A program made the translations under genes and the position numbers. The notes under the pieces are model-generated. The model was not told where the DNA came from. It saw only the letters and a program-made list of their open reading frames with translations, and did no database searches. Below, piece by piece: positions 63,250 to 64,000 of a stretch of DNA of 64,000 nt (its first letter is position 1; each line of letters starts with the position of its first letter). The DNA is from Squalus acanthias (Eukaryota). The stretch is from positions 55,306,001 through 55,370,000 of the forward strand of contig CM059432.1 of assembly GCA_030390025.1 (NCBI GenBank), read 5' to 3'.

Positions 63250-64000
63250 TTAATATTTTTGTTGTAAATATGTGTTTCGATTCTTCGTGGTGTGTCTCAT
63301 TTCAGCCTTGTGCTGTGATATGGCCTGCAACAGGGATGGAATGATGGAGATGTGGTGAGCAACGGGGATCTGGGGTTTAATTCATTGGAACCGCAGTCTG
63401 ATGAGGCGGTCACGGATCACCCTTCTGGAAGGCCCATTGAGTGGCTGCCTCCTCCCTCGCTCCTGTTCCTCACACGTAGCAAAAAGATTTGTCTCCAACG
63501 GCAGTACAGTACTTGCAATCGAAGTTCTGATTTCAATATAGATGCCAAGTTAAAGATACATTTCTGGCTCCACACTTTACCAATACCAATTCCTAACATT
63601 AATGAATTAATTTGGCAATTTCATCCTTACAACAGAAATATGCTTGAAGTGAAATGTTTCCATTCACAGAAGCTGCTATTCGTTGTTTTGGAGAGATTAT
63701 ATCACCAGGTGATGCAGAGCTGCTTCCATGCTGGCTAAAACTACCTGGAAAACTTGTTGTGTGTGCTTAAAGTTCATTTATTTTTCAAGTTGGAAAGTTC
63801 AGATTGCCCATTAACTCATAGAAAATGCTTCTGTTTAATTTAGCCTTGGGTAAAAATAACTTTTAATGAATTTTCATGACTAATTAAGGGCTTATGTATT
63901 AATTTTTGTGGTTCACCTTTGTATGTTAGCCAATTGTGGCAGAATTCATGTTGTGACCAATGCCAATCGAACATTGAAGCAGTTCCCATATTTTTGCTGC

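Overview
Eukaryotic, intron-rich vertebrate DNA. The repeat complement (CR1, L2, RTE, Penelope-like elements, a DeuSINE, Harbinger) suggests a cartilaginous fish; that assignment is inference. The window holds one complete host gene, abhd3 (phospholipase ABHD3, + strand). Its 9 coding exons span 3773-58867 and join in frame to 1203 nt (400 aa plus stop), with a GC-AG third intron. The rest is mostly transposable elements, often nested. Notable items: (1) two near-perfect fold-back palindromes built from Penelope-like element (PLE) 3' ends, each with target-site duplications (TSDs), an unpaired tail and minimal hammerhead-ribozyme motifs on both strands; (2) a second PLE family with its own hammerhead, present as a 2.2 kb RT/GIY-YIG copy and as ~115-135 bp insertions; (3) a CpG-rich 1.69 kb solo LTR with a 4-bp TSD; (4) a decayed two-gene Harbinger transposon plus Myb-only derivatives and many MITEs; (5) a GC-rich 24-bp minisatellite. 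No prokaryotic features, CRISPR arrays or rRNA/tRNA genes were seen. Repeat boundaries without a TSD are approximate.
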